A stretch of 63,181 nucleotides of DNA, filler included, from Saprolegnia diclina VS20 (GCF_000281045.1; 5 parts of 2 records of this genome joined end to end with filler, not necessarily neighbours in it); one strand, 5' to 3'; shown: positions 37,567 through 51,422, counted from the first letter of the whole stretch. Translations and numbers: made by a program. Notes: generated from the sequence alone by a model not told the origin.

Positions 37567-38912
37567 CTAGGCGTGCTTGCCACCGACGGTCTTGGCGTGC
37601 GTCGACGACCGCAGCACGAGAGTGTCCATGTACCAGCCAAAGGCGACTTGCACGAGCACAAGCAGCGGGCCAAAGAGAAGCTCGAACGGATAGCACGCCC
37701 AGTCGCGCGGCGTGATGCCTTGGCCCATGATGCGGCCCGCCCAGATGCCGACGTCGTTGGTGATGGCGTACGAGCCTAATAAATCTCGTCATACTATCCA
37801 TCTCGGCCAGCATGACACCATAGCTTACCTCTGGCGATACCACGCATGAGGCTGGCGGCCGCAACGTCCGGCCTACACCATGCCTTCAAGCTATGAGGGC
37901 AACATGTCGACGTACGAGACAAGGTCGGTGGTGCCTTCAATCGCCTTGGTCATCTCCGGTTTGGTCGGTTGCTCCTCAGCGTACATGTTGGTGTCGATGC
38001 TGCCCGGGTAGAAGCAGTGCACGTGCATCTTGTACAAGCATAGCTCGTTCCTGCACGTGCCGATTTCAAAACGCCCACGACACAAGTGGTACCGGAGCGC
38101 GTCGGCGAGGCCGCGCAGAGCGTACTTGGACGAAGCGTACTGCGCAAACCCCGCAAATGCCACGAGGCCCGCGCCCGAGTTGATGAAAATGAACCGACCG
38201 CCTCCGCCGCGCGCGACCATGGCTGGCAGCGCCGCCTGCGAAGGAGCTTTGTTTCAAGCGAGCGAGATACGAGTGTGACCTTGACGGTGTGGAGGGCACC
38301 AAAGTAGTTGACGTCCATGTGCCGCTGCAAGATCGCCATTTCCTGGTCGAGCAAAAGGCCAGGCACCGAGACGCCGGCATTGCAGATGACGTGGTCCGTC
38401 ACGCGCGCGTGGAAGATGTTGGCCGCTGCGATCGCGCGCTGCATCGCCTTTGCGTCCGTCACGTCACCAACGAGAGAGCACACAGGATGCGCACTCAGCG
38501 CCTACGCCACCGTAGCCACTCAGTCGGCTTTGCAAACGCAGCGCACCGCAAGCGCCAGCCGGGCCGTCTCCAGAGCGTGCAGATGCCGTGCCACGATCGT
38601 GATCTGCGTTCAAATGGTGAGGGCACGAGCGATGGAGAGAGCATGGGACCTTGGCGCCGGCGCGAGCATACTGCGTAGCGATCGCAAAGCCAAGGCCTTG
38701 GCTGCCACCTGCCACCGAGCCTTAGCTTGCAGAAGGCGCGTTGGAGCGCGTACCAGTGATCAAGACGTGGTGGTCGCGCACGTCGAGGTGCGGTGCCGGG
38801 CCGAGCTTGGCCCACGCCTGCAGCGCCTATCGGCTGCGGTGAGCGACACGAGGTGTCGGCGTCGTGGTTGTACGAGGGCGCCACCCAGAGTTGCGAGCGC
38901 GATGCTGGCCAT
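37567..38912 (-). CDS. KDSR: 3-ketodihydrosphingosine reductase (SDR family), spliced
   Basis: HVLITG.GSQGLG.AIA, ICNAG, MDVNYFG, YASSKYALRGLADALR.EL and YPG.IDT..YAEEQ.TKP..TK.IEG, typical of KDSR/TSC10. Confidence 0.85.
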
Positions 38913-39043
38913 CGTGCAAAGTGAATCATGCGCTTGCAGCGGGTTGTCACTGGCCCCTTTTTCCGACCACACAACGACGAATAGGGTTATCAACACACTA
39001 TACTTTTATATATAGACAGTTACGTAGTACTACTTGCAACCTT

Positions 39044-42000
39044 CTAGATAGTCATCTCAACCGCCACGCCTTCGCTCGACATGACGACTTGAGCTTCTTC
39101 GTCCGTCTTGACGGGCGTCTCTTGCACCTTGGGGGTCAACTCTTCCGTCGTCGTCGTCGCCGCCGCCGTCTCCTGCTCTTCGGGGACAGCGGCTTCGGTG
39201 ACGGCCGCGAGGGCCCCCGCCGCGACGGCCGCCTTGGCCACGCGCTGCATGGGCTTGCGGTTCGACTGGTACACGACGGTCGGCTGCACTGTCTCGACTT
39301 CGAGGGGCTTGCCGCTGCGCACCGCGTTGGCTTCTTCCTGATCGATGAAGCGGAGCGTGTTGATCACCTCTTCCTTGCTCGCCTTGAGCTTGTCGAGAAC
39401 GCTCGAGACCTTGGACTCCTCCTTCTTGGCGGCCGAGAGCGTCTCATCAATGACAAAGCACAAGTCCTTGTCCTTGGACGCGATCGCGCGCTTGACGTTG
39501 ATGAGGTCGACGACCCACTGCTCCTTGGCGTGCACGGCCTGCGCGCCCTTCTCCTTGATCATTTGGTCGACGTCAATGAACGCCGGGATCTTGGTGAGCA
39601 TGTCGGCGCTCCAGTCGATCTCGCTCGCCTTGGTCGCGAGCAGCGACATCTCCTTGCGCTCGCCCTTGGAGAGCTCCATCCAGCGGTCGACGGCCTTGAT
39701 GTCGCCGTCGACCGCAACGAGGAGCCAGTCGAGCGTGTCGCGCACTTCCTTCATGTCCATGCCCGGCACAAACTTCTTGGCAAACTCGGCGCACGTCTTG
39801 CGGTCGTAGTAGTTGCGCGTCTTGACGAGGCGGCGGATCACGTCCAGCTCCGACTCGCGGAGCTTGAGCGGCACTTCCCGCTCGACGCGCGTCTTGCGGA
39901 CGCCGTCAAAGGCCACGGGGAGCTTGGCGTGCTCACTCGCGATCGACTTGTAGTTGGAGTTGAGCGCACGCGCACGCTGCTCAATGAGGTCCGACTCGGC
40001 CTTGCGCACTTGGATCTCCTTCTGGAGCGACGCCTTCTCGGCCGTCGAGAGCGCCGACTCTTCCGACTCGATGCGCTCCATAAAGCACTTGATCGACTCG
40101 ACTTCCGAGCACAGGTTGGCGTACGCGTGCTGGAGCGACTCGTCCTCTTCCGCGAGGCGGTTGGTGAGCATCTCAAAGGTTTCGCCGAGCTGCGCGACAA
40201 GGCCGCGGATCTGCGACGTCATCATCATGTCTTCGTCCTTCTCCTGCGGCTTCTCGACGTTGTACACGTCTTCGACATACGCCCACACGTCGCGCTTGAC
40301 GGCCTTCTCGTCTGCACACGCCTTGGACTTTTCGAGCTCGGACGTGACCGAGTTGACGTCCGACTCGTCTTCGTTGAGGAGCTTGCCGCCCTGCACCATG
40401 TCTTCCTCGCGCTCCTTGCGCGCCGTCTCGAGGCACTTGGCGTCGTGCTTGCCAATGTCGGGCGTGTGCACCGTCACGTAGAGGAACCACGAGTCGGAGC
40501 TCTTGAGCATCTCGAGCTTGTGCTCGCCCTGCAGAATGCGCTGCTTCTGGCGCATGATGCGCTCTTCCTGCTCGATCACGCGGTGCGTAAAGTGCTGGAC
40601 CAGGCGCTGGAGCTCGGACGCGCGGACGGCCTGCTTGACGAGGCGGTCGGCCTCGCGCTTCTTGCGCTTCGAGTGGTCGTGGAGCGCGTCGAGGACCCAG
40701 TTGCCGGCGTCCGTCATGAGCGACGAGAGGTACGCCTTCTTCTGCTCGCGGCAGGCTTCTTCGTCGTCGACGAGGCGCTTCTCGTTCTCCAGGAACGCAT
40801 GGTACTCGGCGATGAGCACGTCTTCGCTGCTGGCGGTGACCGTCTCGTCCGAGAGGCGAGTGATGAAGCCCGAGATACGATCGAGGAGCGACTGGCACAC
40901 CTCGTGCTCGGACGCCAAGTGGCTCTGCTGCGCGTCGAGCTCGGCCTGGAACTGCGCACGGCGGGCGCGCACGTCGTTCATAAAGTGATCGCGCTCGTCG
41001 ACGTTGTCGCCCTCCATCGGCGTGCGGTAGTTGGAGGCAACAATGTCCGACGTCTCTTCCGAGTTGATGTCGACGTCGCCGTTGAGACGGTTGACGTACT
41101 CGGGCGCCATCGCAAGCGCCGACTTGGCGGCCTCGACCGCGGCCTTGCAGCCGTCCTTGTGCTCGGTGAACACACCCGTGTCGGCGTCGCGCTCTTCGTT
41201 CATCGCCGCGCGCTTGAACATGAGGAGGCGCTGCGACTTTTGCTGGCGCGCGAGCTGCTCCGCAAGCGTCTCGCAGCGCTTCTTGGCGCGCGTGATGCGC
41301 TCGCCGTGCTGCGCCATGCGCAACGACGTGTACTCCATGCGGGCGTCCTGCGCCATCTTCCACTCGAGCTCGTACTCTTTGTCGAGGGCTTCATGGCGCA
41401 GCTTGCGCTGCGAGTACGCCTTGTTGCGCGACTTGATCTCCATGTCGAGGGCTTCGAGGTCCCGCTCAATGCGAGACATCTTGTCTTGGCGGCACTCGCG
41501 GTACATGAGCACGTGCTCGTGCTCGAGCTTGTAGCGCACGTCTTCGTCGCGACACATGTCGTCTTCGCGCTTCATGTTGGTGCGGTCCTGGGCCCAGTGG
41601 TCGCGCTCCTTGCTGAGCTCGCTCCACTCGTCGTCGAGCGCGACACCTTCGGCTTCGAGCGTCGACGGCTCGCCTTCCTGGAGCTGCTGCACCTTGACGT
41701 GGAGCGACGTGAGCTCCTTGGGAATCGCCGCATCCAAGCCGAGCTGCTGGAACTGGAACGAGATGCCAAAGGCCTTGACGATCCACTCGTTGGCAATCAT
41801 CTTGGAGACGGGCGGGTTGTGGTGGTCCGACCAGTCGGCGCGCTGGCGCGACCATTGCGCCATGTCCTTGTTCCACTCGGTCGTGTCGTTCTGGAATGCA
41901 TCCTTGGACTTGAGGAACTCGACCTTCTCCTTCTGGCGCACGTCCTCCTCGAGCGCACGCTCGGCCTCGTCGGCTTTCGTGTCGTCGTACACAATGTGCA

Positions 42001-43754
42001 CGGACGCTTGCTGGATCTCGAGACGCTCCTTCTCGCGGGCCATGCGCGCCTCTTGGGTCGCCTTGCGCGCGACAAGCGCTTCGTGGCGCTTGTTGATGTG
42101 CTCGCGGCGCGTGAGCTGCGAGACCGCGCGGGCGTCGTGGGCGCGCTTGCGCGCGGCCTGCTTCGAGACGCGGTCTTCGTTGTCCTTCTTGCGCTTCAAG
42201 AGGTTCGCGAGCTTGTTCTCCATCTGCTCCTGCTCCATCTTGAGCTGGAGCCAGACGACCACGTCGCTGTACTCCTTCGCGACGCGGAGCTCCGTGTTGG
42301 CGCCGGCGTTCTTGAACGCGCGGAACTGGTCGTTCGTGAGGCCAAAGAAGGCCTTGAGCGCATCGCAGTCGCGGTAGAGCGGGTGCACGAGACAGCCCTA
42401 ATATCCAAAATTTAGAAAGTGCAATCTCGGAAATTTCGAACAGAGAAATATCGAAGCGTACCGAGAGGAAGACCTGGAGCGACTGGGCCTTCTTGGCCGA
42501 GCGGGCAACGCGCTTCTCGGGGAAGGCCGGAAGGGCCTTGGCCGTGATCTTGTCGCCGAGGGCGGCGGCGAGCCACTCAAAGTCGGCCATGCTGCGCTTG
42601 CGCGTGAGGTTGTACTCCTTCGCGGCTTCAATGTCGGACGCGCGGAGCGTCTCGCCAAGCGCCTTGACGTGGGCGGCGTTGGGCTCGAAATACGCGTCGA
42701 CGTTGTACGACTCGGTCTCGCCACCGGCGTCGGCGACGCCGATCTTGATGTCGAGCTTCGAGAGGAACTCGAAGCCGGGCAGCGGCTCGGTGCAGCCCTC
42801 GACTTCCATCGAGGCAAAGGCCGGCGGCTTGGACATGCAGTTGTTGCAGTGCTTGACGGGCGACGCAAAGCCAAGCTCCGGGATCGGCTTCTGGCCTTGC
42901 GAGCAGCCGTTGCAGACCGAGCGCGTGCAGCGCTGGCAGTGGTACGCGCGGCGGCCAATGGCAAACTGACGGAAGCAGATCTGGCACTCCTTTTGCTCGG
43001 CGCGCGCGACTTGCGTCGGGTTTTTGGTCGCAAAGTCGTTGAGGTTGACGCTGTTCGTGTCGGAGCCCGACTTGATGCGGCTCGTGGCAATGACCGTGTT
43101 GGCGAGCGTCCGCATGTTGGGGGTCGGCTTGGGCACGTTGGCCGCGAGCGTCGGGGCCGCCGAGTCGGACGACGAGGCCGAGGCCGGCGCCGCAATGACC
43201 GCTTGGCCGCGCGCGGCCGTCATCTGCTGGCGCTGGTTGAAGACGTCGGCGGGCTGCTTGATGGCCTTCATCTGGAGCGAGATGGTGCAGCTCTTGCAGC
43301 AGCGCTGCGGCTTGTCGCCGTACCCAAACGACGGCGGGATGCACATCTTGTTCATGACGCACTCGCGGCAAAAGAGCTTACCGCAGACACGGCAATGGTG
43401 GCGGCGCGGCTGGGGAAAGCCAAAGCGCTTGCCGCAGTCCATACAGTCGTCCGAGAAGTCATCCGGCACCCAGAGCTTCTGGAGGTCGGCAATGTCGTCC
43501 GTGAGGCGGTCCATCGAGTCGCGCATGTTGTCGTTGGACGAGACGCGGCGCGTCGTGGGCACGACCGGGCGGCGGGTCGGCGCCGAGGCCGGCGGCGCCG
43601 GCACGGATGTCGGGGCAGCGACCGCCGCCGACGGCGCCGACCGAGGGGCGTCGGCGACACCGACCGTCGTGCCGCAGTAGATACACACTTTGTCGTTCGG
43701 CGTGATGGCGCTGCCGCATTTCGGGCAGGCTACCGACGCGGACGAGTCGGCCAT
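39044..43754 (-). CDS. Zinc-ribbon + tandem FYVE + PX + long coiled-coil protein
   Basis: CPKC..CIYC; WVPDD..C..C...RRHHCRVCG..FC..C (FYVE); second FYVE RAYHCQRC; PX-like RSMADFEWL...LPAFPEK; >1000 aa heptad-rich tail. An intron at 42398-42461 joins the two ORFs. Confidence 0.9.
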
Positions 43755-44898
43755 ATTACACGCAACAACGATAAGGTCCCTGGTGAATGAGTAAATGAAG
43801 TCAACTCGAACTGCGCTCGTGGGGGAGAGGCAAGATAGCGCCAGTCACTCTCCCGAGCATACAAACTCCAAGCCAGGTGGACGGATCCGGATAAAGGCCA
43901 AGAGCGACCGAGTGAGTTACAGCTGTGAGTACCCGGCTGCTTCAAGGATGGCGCGCGCACTCACACGCCCGACCAGAGCCTGCGTGGCGACGGATCTGAG
44001 CACTCTACGGACGTGGAGAAGAGAGCGCATTTCGCGGGCATCCCTTCCTCCTCCAGTCGTGCAGCTGCGCAGGCTATCGCAGGGACACAACGTACAACGC
44101 GTGGGTGAGCGCGACAAGGACGCCGCCGGGGGTGTTACGTCCGTGCGTCACACGCGCAACGGCGGACGTCTCGGGCGGGGCGACAGCCCCTTGCAGCTGG
44201 CGACGCAGCACCGTGACGTGGGTAGAGATGAGCGCGTGTCAGTTCTTTGGCGATAGATTCGCGCGAGTAACGTTGCGTTGCTCAAGTCCTACGTAGAGGC
44301 AAGCAACTGTACAAACGGTGTCGATATACACTGCGGTGCATCCTACTCCAGCCGCCAATGGACCACGGACGACCCACTTGCGCGATGCCAACGTGCCAAC
44401 TTGCGGTCATGGCGAGCGCAGCTGGCAAAATCGGCGGCATCTGCTCGCGCGGAAGCATCACCCAAGCGCGTTGAGATCGTCCCATCGTTCTCGTCGGCCC
44501 ATGGACAAGCAGCATGCTGGAGTCATGGAAGGAGATAATGGCCAAAAGCATGTCTTGCTCGAGCCACCTCCGCTGGATCAGCTGCACGGAGGACGACGCG
44601 TGTAGCATCAGGCGCCCTCATACAGTATCTTTTTTCTCGGCTACTCGGTCGGAGCTACTGCCGTCCACATTGCCGAATGCCAACGCGACGTTGCTGGGTC
44701 CACGCACCTTGTTGGCGGAGTACCCGAGCGTCGTGACGGGTGCTGCATGAAGACCAGGGTCAACTTGGTGCGATGGGACCATGTGCGGTCGATCTCTCTC
44801 TGCGGGACAGAGCGCGGAACAGAAAACCGTCGAGTACTGGACAAGGGAATTGATGCTGGATCGCGACGGTTCGCAGTGGATCTTGGGACGCGACCAGC

Positions 44899-45608
44899 AT
44901 GGGCCCGAAGAAGGACAAGAAGAAGGGCAAGGAGAAGAAAGGTACTTTGCATTGGTATGCTGGCTGCGGTGGGCTGATGCGCAAGAGCGTAGACGAGAGC
45001 GCCGACAATGGCGGCGTGCTCACGCCCGAAGACCAAGTCAAGGTCCTCGGCTGCATGAATCGGTCGCTGCAGCAGCAGCTCGCCGACCGGCAAGAACTCG
45101 CTGTGAAAGCGCTCGAGGCGAAGCGCGAGCTCCAGACCCGCGTCGCGGACCTGCAGCGCGACTTTGAAACCGGGCGGAGCCAGACGTTTGGCATCACGCA
45201 GGACATGACGCGGCAGTACAAGAGCATGCAGGAGGAGCTCCTCAACCGCATCAACGCACTCGAAAACACCAACATGGAGCTGCGCGACCAGCTCGGTACG
45301 CGCCTACAGCGACGCATACGCCCATGTCTCTGCCGTTAGAGCTCGCACGCGTCCACCTCGAAGAAGTCAAGCGGGAAAAGGACGGCGCGCTCGCCGGCAA
45401 GAACAACGAGATCCAGGAGCTCAAGGCCAAGATGGAGGAAATGGCCGCCGAGTTTGGTGACATGCTCAAGGAGACGCTCGACAAGATGCGCGAGCGCATC
45501 GAGATCTCCAACACGAGCTACGACAACGAGTCCAACACGCCCATGATGCGCCGCTTGGAAGAGTTCAACCTCGGGAGCAGCTCGCCGTCGAAACCCCTCG
45601 TCAAGTGA
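44899..45608 (+). CDS. CCDC153: CCDC153/DRC12-like flagellar coiled-coil protein, spliced
   Basis: Basic N-terminus MGPKKDKKKGK, DMTRQYK.MQ.EL motif and M..EF.DMLKETLDKM C-terminal helix. Confidence 0.7.
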
Positions 45609-47007
45609 CGAGGCGCGATGGTAATAGGCATTGCAGACAGGATTACATCGTGTTGCTGCCATCGTCGTAACAGCAACCTTGGCACGTCGGTCACGCCCCG
45701 GGCACTGCACTGGACGCTGGTACTTGCCGCATGCGGGAGGGTGCGAGTGTACACGCACTGCGACGATGAACGACGCGCAAGAGAGACGGCGGAAGGAGGA
45801 GGAGGCGGGCGAGAGTACCAAGCATGGGGACGGAGGAGGCAAGGAGGGTACATTGTATCGACATCCTCCGAAACAGATATTTCATCGCCCGTCGCCAACG
45901 ATCCAGAGTCTGGGGATGGGAGCCCACCCGCTCATTTGGCGCTGTGGGCTATTACTCGAGTGCTACTTGCAATGTCTCCTGCCATTGCGTCCGCTACACG
46001 AACGCGCAGCCTCTCTTCTGCTTACACGCGCGCCGTTTGTCGTCGTCCGTTCTACTTGTGAGCTCAGATTCTTGAGGCCATCTTGAGCTCGGACGCCAGT
46101 GCTGTGGAGATGAAGAGTCGACGTTCGGCTGCTTCAAATGAGCAACGCTACAGGGACGATCCGCATCTCGCATTCGGTTTCTGTCGGTGGCGGCGGACTG
46201 TGGACTGGGCAAACTCCGCATTCGCGTAGTAGAGGGCAAGCCATCTCTATTTCCGCTTGTGTTGTGTGCAGTTGGATGGACCAAGGAGGTGTGGCTTCAG
46301 GGTTCAGCTAGCTCGTCACCAATACGCCGCATACTAACAAATCCTAATCCTCTTTGCTCTCGCTGTTTGAACCGGCAGCGAATGTCGAGCCGACTTGAAT
46401 TGGACAGTCGCAAGCGCTTCGCTTGTACTAGACAACGCGCGCAGAATGTATTTTGGCTGTCGGTAGGTCCTCGGACGACCGAGCGACGCACNNNNNNNNN
46501 NNNNNNNNNNNNNNNNNNNNNNNNNNNNNNNNNNNNNNNNNNNNNNNNNNNNNNNNNNNNNNNNNNNNNNNNNNNNNNNNNNNNNNNNNNNNNNNNNNNN
46601 NNNNNNNNNNNNNNNNNNNNNNNNNNNNNNNNNNNNNNNNNNNNNNNNNNNNNNNNNNNNNNNNNNNNNNNNNNNNNNNNNNNNNNNNNNNNNNNNNNNN
46701 NNNNNNNNNNNNNNNNNNNNNNNNNNNNNNNNNNNNNNNNNNNNNNNNNNNNNNNNNNNNNNNNNNNNNNNNNNNNNNNNNNNNNNNNNNNNNNNNNNNN
46801 NNNNNNNNNNNNNNNNNNNNNNNNNNNNNNNNNNNNNNNNNNNNNNNNNNNNNNNNNNNNNNNNNNNNNNNNNNNNNNNNNNNNNNNNNNNNNNNNNNNN
46901 NNNNNNNNNNNNNNNNNNNNNNNNNNNNNNNNNNNNNNNNNNNNNNNNNNNNNNNNNNNNNNNNNNNNNNNNNNNNNNNNNNNNNNNNNNNNNNNNNNNN
47001 NNNNNNN

Positions 47008-50000
47008 GCGCCGATGTACTCGGCTTCCATTGTCGAGAGAGCGACTGTAGATTGTTGTTTGGACGACCAGTGGATCGGAATACCGTTGAATTTGGTGACC
47101 ATGCCCGTCGTAGAGCGTCGGTTCGACTTGTCTCCGGTCCTGTCGGCGTCTGTGTAGACGTCCATCGATCGTGAGCCGTCGGGTTTGAGCTCGAGTCGGT
47201 AGTGCTTCGTCTTCCACAGGTAGTGCAGGATGCGGAGAATCGTGGTCTCGTGGTTGATCTTGTGGTTGTTCGTGTAGCGAGCGACGAGGTTCGTGGCGAA
47301 TGCGATGTCGGGTCTCGTGCAGCTTGCCAGCCACTGGAGCGACCCGATGATCTTCTGGACATGTGTCTTGGTCAGCTGCGGGCTCCCACCATCGTCGAAC
47401 ATCTTGTGGTCGATCGCAATAGGCGTGTCCTTGGTGTGACATTCGGCCATGTTGTTGGTCTCGAGTAGCTCGTTAATGAGAGAGGTTTGTTGGAGCCACA
47501 TGGTGTCGCCTTCGCGCTCGATGTTGATGCCGAGACAGCGCGAGACAGGTCCGAGGGTCTTGATCTGGTACTTGTCTTCGAGGGCGAGGATGGCTTCCTT
47601 GTGGAAGTCGTCGTCTTGGCTGAACATGATGATGTCGTCCACGTAGAGGCCGAGCATCGTGAGTCCTTTGTCCGTGTGCTTGTAGTAGAGGCAGGGATCG
47701 AGGTCGCTCTTGCGGAAGCCGAGAACGTCCACGAGGAATTGGTCGATGTCGTCGTGCCAGAGCTTGCCACTCTGTTTGAGGCCGTAAAGTCCTCTGTTGA
47801 GCAGTAGTGCTTGGGTCTTCGGGTCCCCCTCAACCAAGTCGGGGATTGCCATGTAGACGATCATGTCCATGCCGGCCTTGACGTATGCTTGCGGTACGTC
47901 AAGGTGAAAGACTTGGACGCCGAGCGTGAGCGCGACTGCTAGGAGCAGGCGCACGCTGGGTTGGCGAATCACGGGCGAGTAAGTGTCCGTGAAGTCAACG
48001 CCGAATTGTTGGGAAAACCCACGCGCTACGAGGCGCGCCTTGAACTTGTCAATGGCTCCGTGTGAGTCGAACTTGATCTTGAAGATCCACTTGGAGCTGA
48101 CGAGGTTCGTCCCCTTGGGCGGTTTGTCCACGAGCGTCCAGGTGCCGTTGGCGATGAGTTGGTCGAGCTCGTGCTCGATGGCTTCGCGCCACTTGTCCTT
48201 TTCGGGGCTGGAGAGTGCGTCGCGGACAGTCTTGGGCTCCGAGATGGCGACGTACATGACGTGGCCATGGTGGTCCGTTCGGAGCTTATGTATGCGGTCC
48301 GATCGGCGTAGTTGACGCACTTGTTCGGGTGGAAGCTCGGCAAGTCCCGTGGCTTGCGGGGCGACGGTGGTTGGGCGCGACGGGAGGTGTGCTGGTCGTG
48401 CGAACGTGACTTCGTCTGCGTCGTCAATCGGCTCGGTAGGCAGCCATGACACGTTGGATTTGGGTGGCGACACGTTTTGGATGTCGCGCGACGTGATGAT
48501 CTTGCCGGTGCGGAGCACATATACGTCGTATGCCTTGGTGTCAGGGTTCACGCCAATGATGCGGCCGACCTCGGCGCGGTGGAAGATGCCCTTCTCTGTC
48601 GGTGGTGCGTGGACGGTACACACGCTTCCAAACGCGAGGACGTGATCGCTGCTCGCTGCCGGAGATGAGCTCGAGTGGAGGTTTCTTCTCGGGATTGGAT
48701 CGGGTTGGTACTCGGTTCCGTATATAGGTTTGGTACTGGAGCGCGTGGGACCAGAACTTGGCCGGGAGGTCCGTGCCGAATATCATGGTGCGTGTACCGT
48801 TGAGCAAGGTCCGGTGCATGCGCTCGGCTTTGCCGTTGCTAGCCGACGTATCGCGCTGCGTCAGCTGGTGCTCGATGCCGGACTTGGTCAGCTTCTCCTC
48901 GAACTTGTTGGACGTAAACTCGCCGCCTCGATCTGTGCGGAGGACCTTGACATGGTGGCCGTATTGGTTCTTGACGAGCTCAATGGTGTCGAGGATCTTG
49001 GCGATGGCATGCGACTTGCGGCGAATTGGGTGTGACCAGGTCATACCGGTAGCTGCTTCGACTGTCGTGAGGACGTAGCGGTTTCCGTACCGATCGGCCG
49101 GTTTGATCTTGCCAGTGATGTCGGACACGAGAACACTGCCGACTTCGTCGGTTGGCGCGGAGCTCGACGTATCAACGTCCGGTTGCTTTGCACGCGTTTG
49201 TTTGCCGACGGCGCACTCAATGCAGTGCGACTTGAGGTCGTTCGGGCGCCGCGTCACGATCATGTGCTCCGGGCCCTTCTGCTTTGCGAGCTCGAGGATC
49301 GCGGGCTTGTTGAGGTGTCCGAGCGCGATGTGCCATTCGTCGAGTGTGCGCTTACGCGCATGTACAAAATTGGAGGAGCCGAGTTTCGTTGCCTCCGATG
49401 ACGGTGTTGTCTGTGGCGTTGTCCCGTAGATGTAGAACAAGCCATCGCGCAAGATGCCGACGGCGAGCGTCTTGTCCCCCTGGACGACCAGGCCCTTGTC
49501 GTTGCAGACAAAGTGAGTCGAGATGTTGTCCTTGAGGAGCGATGAGATCGAGACGAGGTTCGACGCGAGTGTTGAGACGTAGTGCACGTCATGTAGCGTC
49601 ATGATGCAGCCGGTGTCTTGCATGAGTATCTGAACGGTGCCCACGAGCTCGGCTTCGATGATCTCTTGGTTGGCAACTTCGATCTTGAGATTTGACGGTC
49701 GGGCGTCGAGTAGAAGGCTCGCGTCCGTCACAAGGTGGTGGGAGCAACCAGAGTCCAAAGCGAACGTAAGTCGCGTCGGTGCGGGTAGCTTTCCATTACT
49801 GAGCAAGCAGCTTGCTGGGTACCACTTGTCTGCGATCTTCCGAGCTTGTGGCCACGTGCCTTTGAGGGCTAGGGCGACGTGTGCCGAGCCGGTTTCCGTC
49901 GTTTGTTGGTCTTTTGTCGCTGAGTTGGCCTTGGCGTCCTTCTTTTGGAGGCGCTTCAAGGCGTAGCAGTCAGTCGTGTTGTGAGTGTCACGCCTGCAGC

Positions 50001-50058
50001 GCTCGCACCACATTTGTCGAGGATTCGATGGCGTTGGAGACGTGTCCGACGGCTTGTC
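47008..50058 (-). mobile_element. Ty1/copia LTR retrotransposon gag-pol (partial, one frameshift, gaps at both ends)
   Basis: CCHC knuckle CERCRRDTHNTTDC, protease LDSGCSHH, WH..LGH, integrase LRTDRGGEF and NGKAERMHRTL, RT FKARLVARGFSQ, LYGLKQS and YVDD, RNase H YTDAD..GD..RRSTTG. The PR-INT-RT-RH order is diagnostic of copia. Frame change at ~48650. Confidence 0.95.
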
Positions 50059-51180
50059 NNNNNNNNNNNNNNNNNNNNNNNNNNNNNNNNNNNNNNNNNN
50101 NNTTAATTAATTAANNNNNNNNNNNNNNNNNNNNNNNNNNNNNNNNNNNNNNNNNNNNCAAGTTCAACGAGGCTGCCTCGACCATGCTATCGACCTCTGC
50201 ACGCTACTGCGCCAATAGCAGCACTCGAGTCTCATAGCTCCACGGCAGCAGCGAGAACAAGGGCAACGAGTGCTACCGAAGGACGGCGCGTGTTGCAATC
50301 TTCTCCTCGACGAAGCGCGAGACGATGTGATTGGCCACCATATTCGGGACATGGACGTTTCGGGCGATCGTTTTTCCGTGGCAAGCGCTTGGTGTCTTCG
50401 TCCACAATCGTTCCAGCTGTGCGCGAGACCCAGGTTGCCAGTAGCTCTACTTAAGCTGCGTCGGTTTGTCCAACGTACTTCGAGGCCATCCACGCAACTT
50501 TGGTAAAGAGCGCGTTTAGTTCAAATCCGCGTAACTGCCGCCAAAGCACGCACTTTCAAAACAGGTCCCTTCCGGGGTGAGCTGGTAGGAACTTTTGTAT
50601 TGAATGCGAAGCGTTGATTAACGGTATTGCGACGACTGCGCGTCGCTTGCTGCAGTCTTCGCGCGCTTCTGCAATCGCACCTAACTGGAAAGTTGCGTGA
50701 ATTTCGGTTAAATACGCAGGCGCACTTTAGCGCAATTGTTCTACTTTAATCAACTATAACGTCCGGGGATGTGACAGCACTTAACAGGGACTACGAAATC
50801 GCACTTTACGGGACAGGTTTCGCGCGATGTGATTGGCTTAGACCAATGAAACTGCGTTTCATTGGCCAAAATGGATCGATATATAGCCAATGGGTTGTCC
50901 CGAAAATACGAATTAATCCCCTGGGATGCTGGTACACCACGTAAACGTTCCTAGGCTACATCCAAACGCACGGAAGATTCCGGATAACACTACAAGAAAA
51001 ATGTTGCGAATTCCCGAACTTCGAAGTACCGGGATCAACAGATGGCAGATGGCCGCCAGGACTCGGGTGCTTTCTCGGGCTCTCATGCCGGATGTTTTAA
51101 ATGAGAGCGACCTTACTTGTACGCGAGCAACGAGTAAGCCGCGTTGAGCCTACTCTGATGCATATATGCTCTGTACATGT

Positions 51181-51422
51181 ATCGGACCCGATGGATTAGC
51201 TCACTCAAATCCATCGGACCCGACGGATTAGCCTACTCAAATCCATCGGACCCGACGGATTAGGTCACTCAAATTCATCGGTCAAATCCATCGGACCCGA
51301 CGGATTAGGTCACTCAAATTCATCGGTCCCGATGGATTAGGTCACTCAAATTCATCGGACCCGATGGATTAGCTCACTCAAATTCATCGGACCCGATGGA
51401 TTAGGTCACTCAAATTCATCGG
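51181..51422 (+). repeat. Tandem array of a ~31-32 bp unit with an internal palindrome
   Basis: About 7-8 copies of CATCGGACCCGAYGGATTAG(G/C)TCACTCAAAT(C/T), running into the gap. Confidence 0.95.

Noticed and set aside
38864..42415. 1183-aa plus-strand ORF
   Set aside because: Antisense shadow of the strongly codon-biased coiled-coil gene; no motifs of its own.
33674..43754. VPS33 close to the FYVE/PX gene as a possible trafficking cluster
   Set aside because: Separated by unrelated genes; proximity alone is not evidence in a eukaryote.
50160..51150. Possible decayed coding fragment and clustered CCAAT boxes
   Set aside because: Interrupted by stops, no recognisable family, and no gene to assign the boxes to.
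51181..51422. Palindromic repeat array superficially like a CRISPR array
   Set aside because: The linkers are short and nearly constant rather than unique spacers, there are no cas genes, and the context is eukaryotic.
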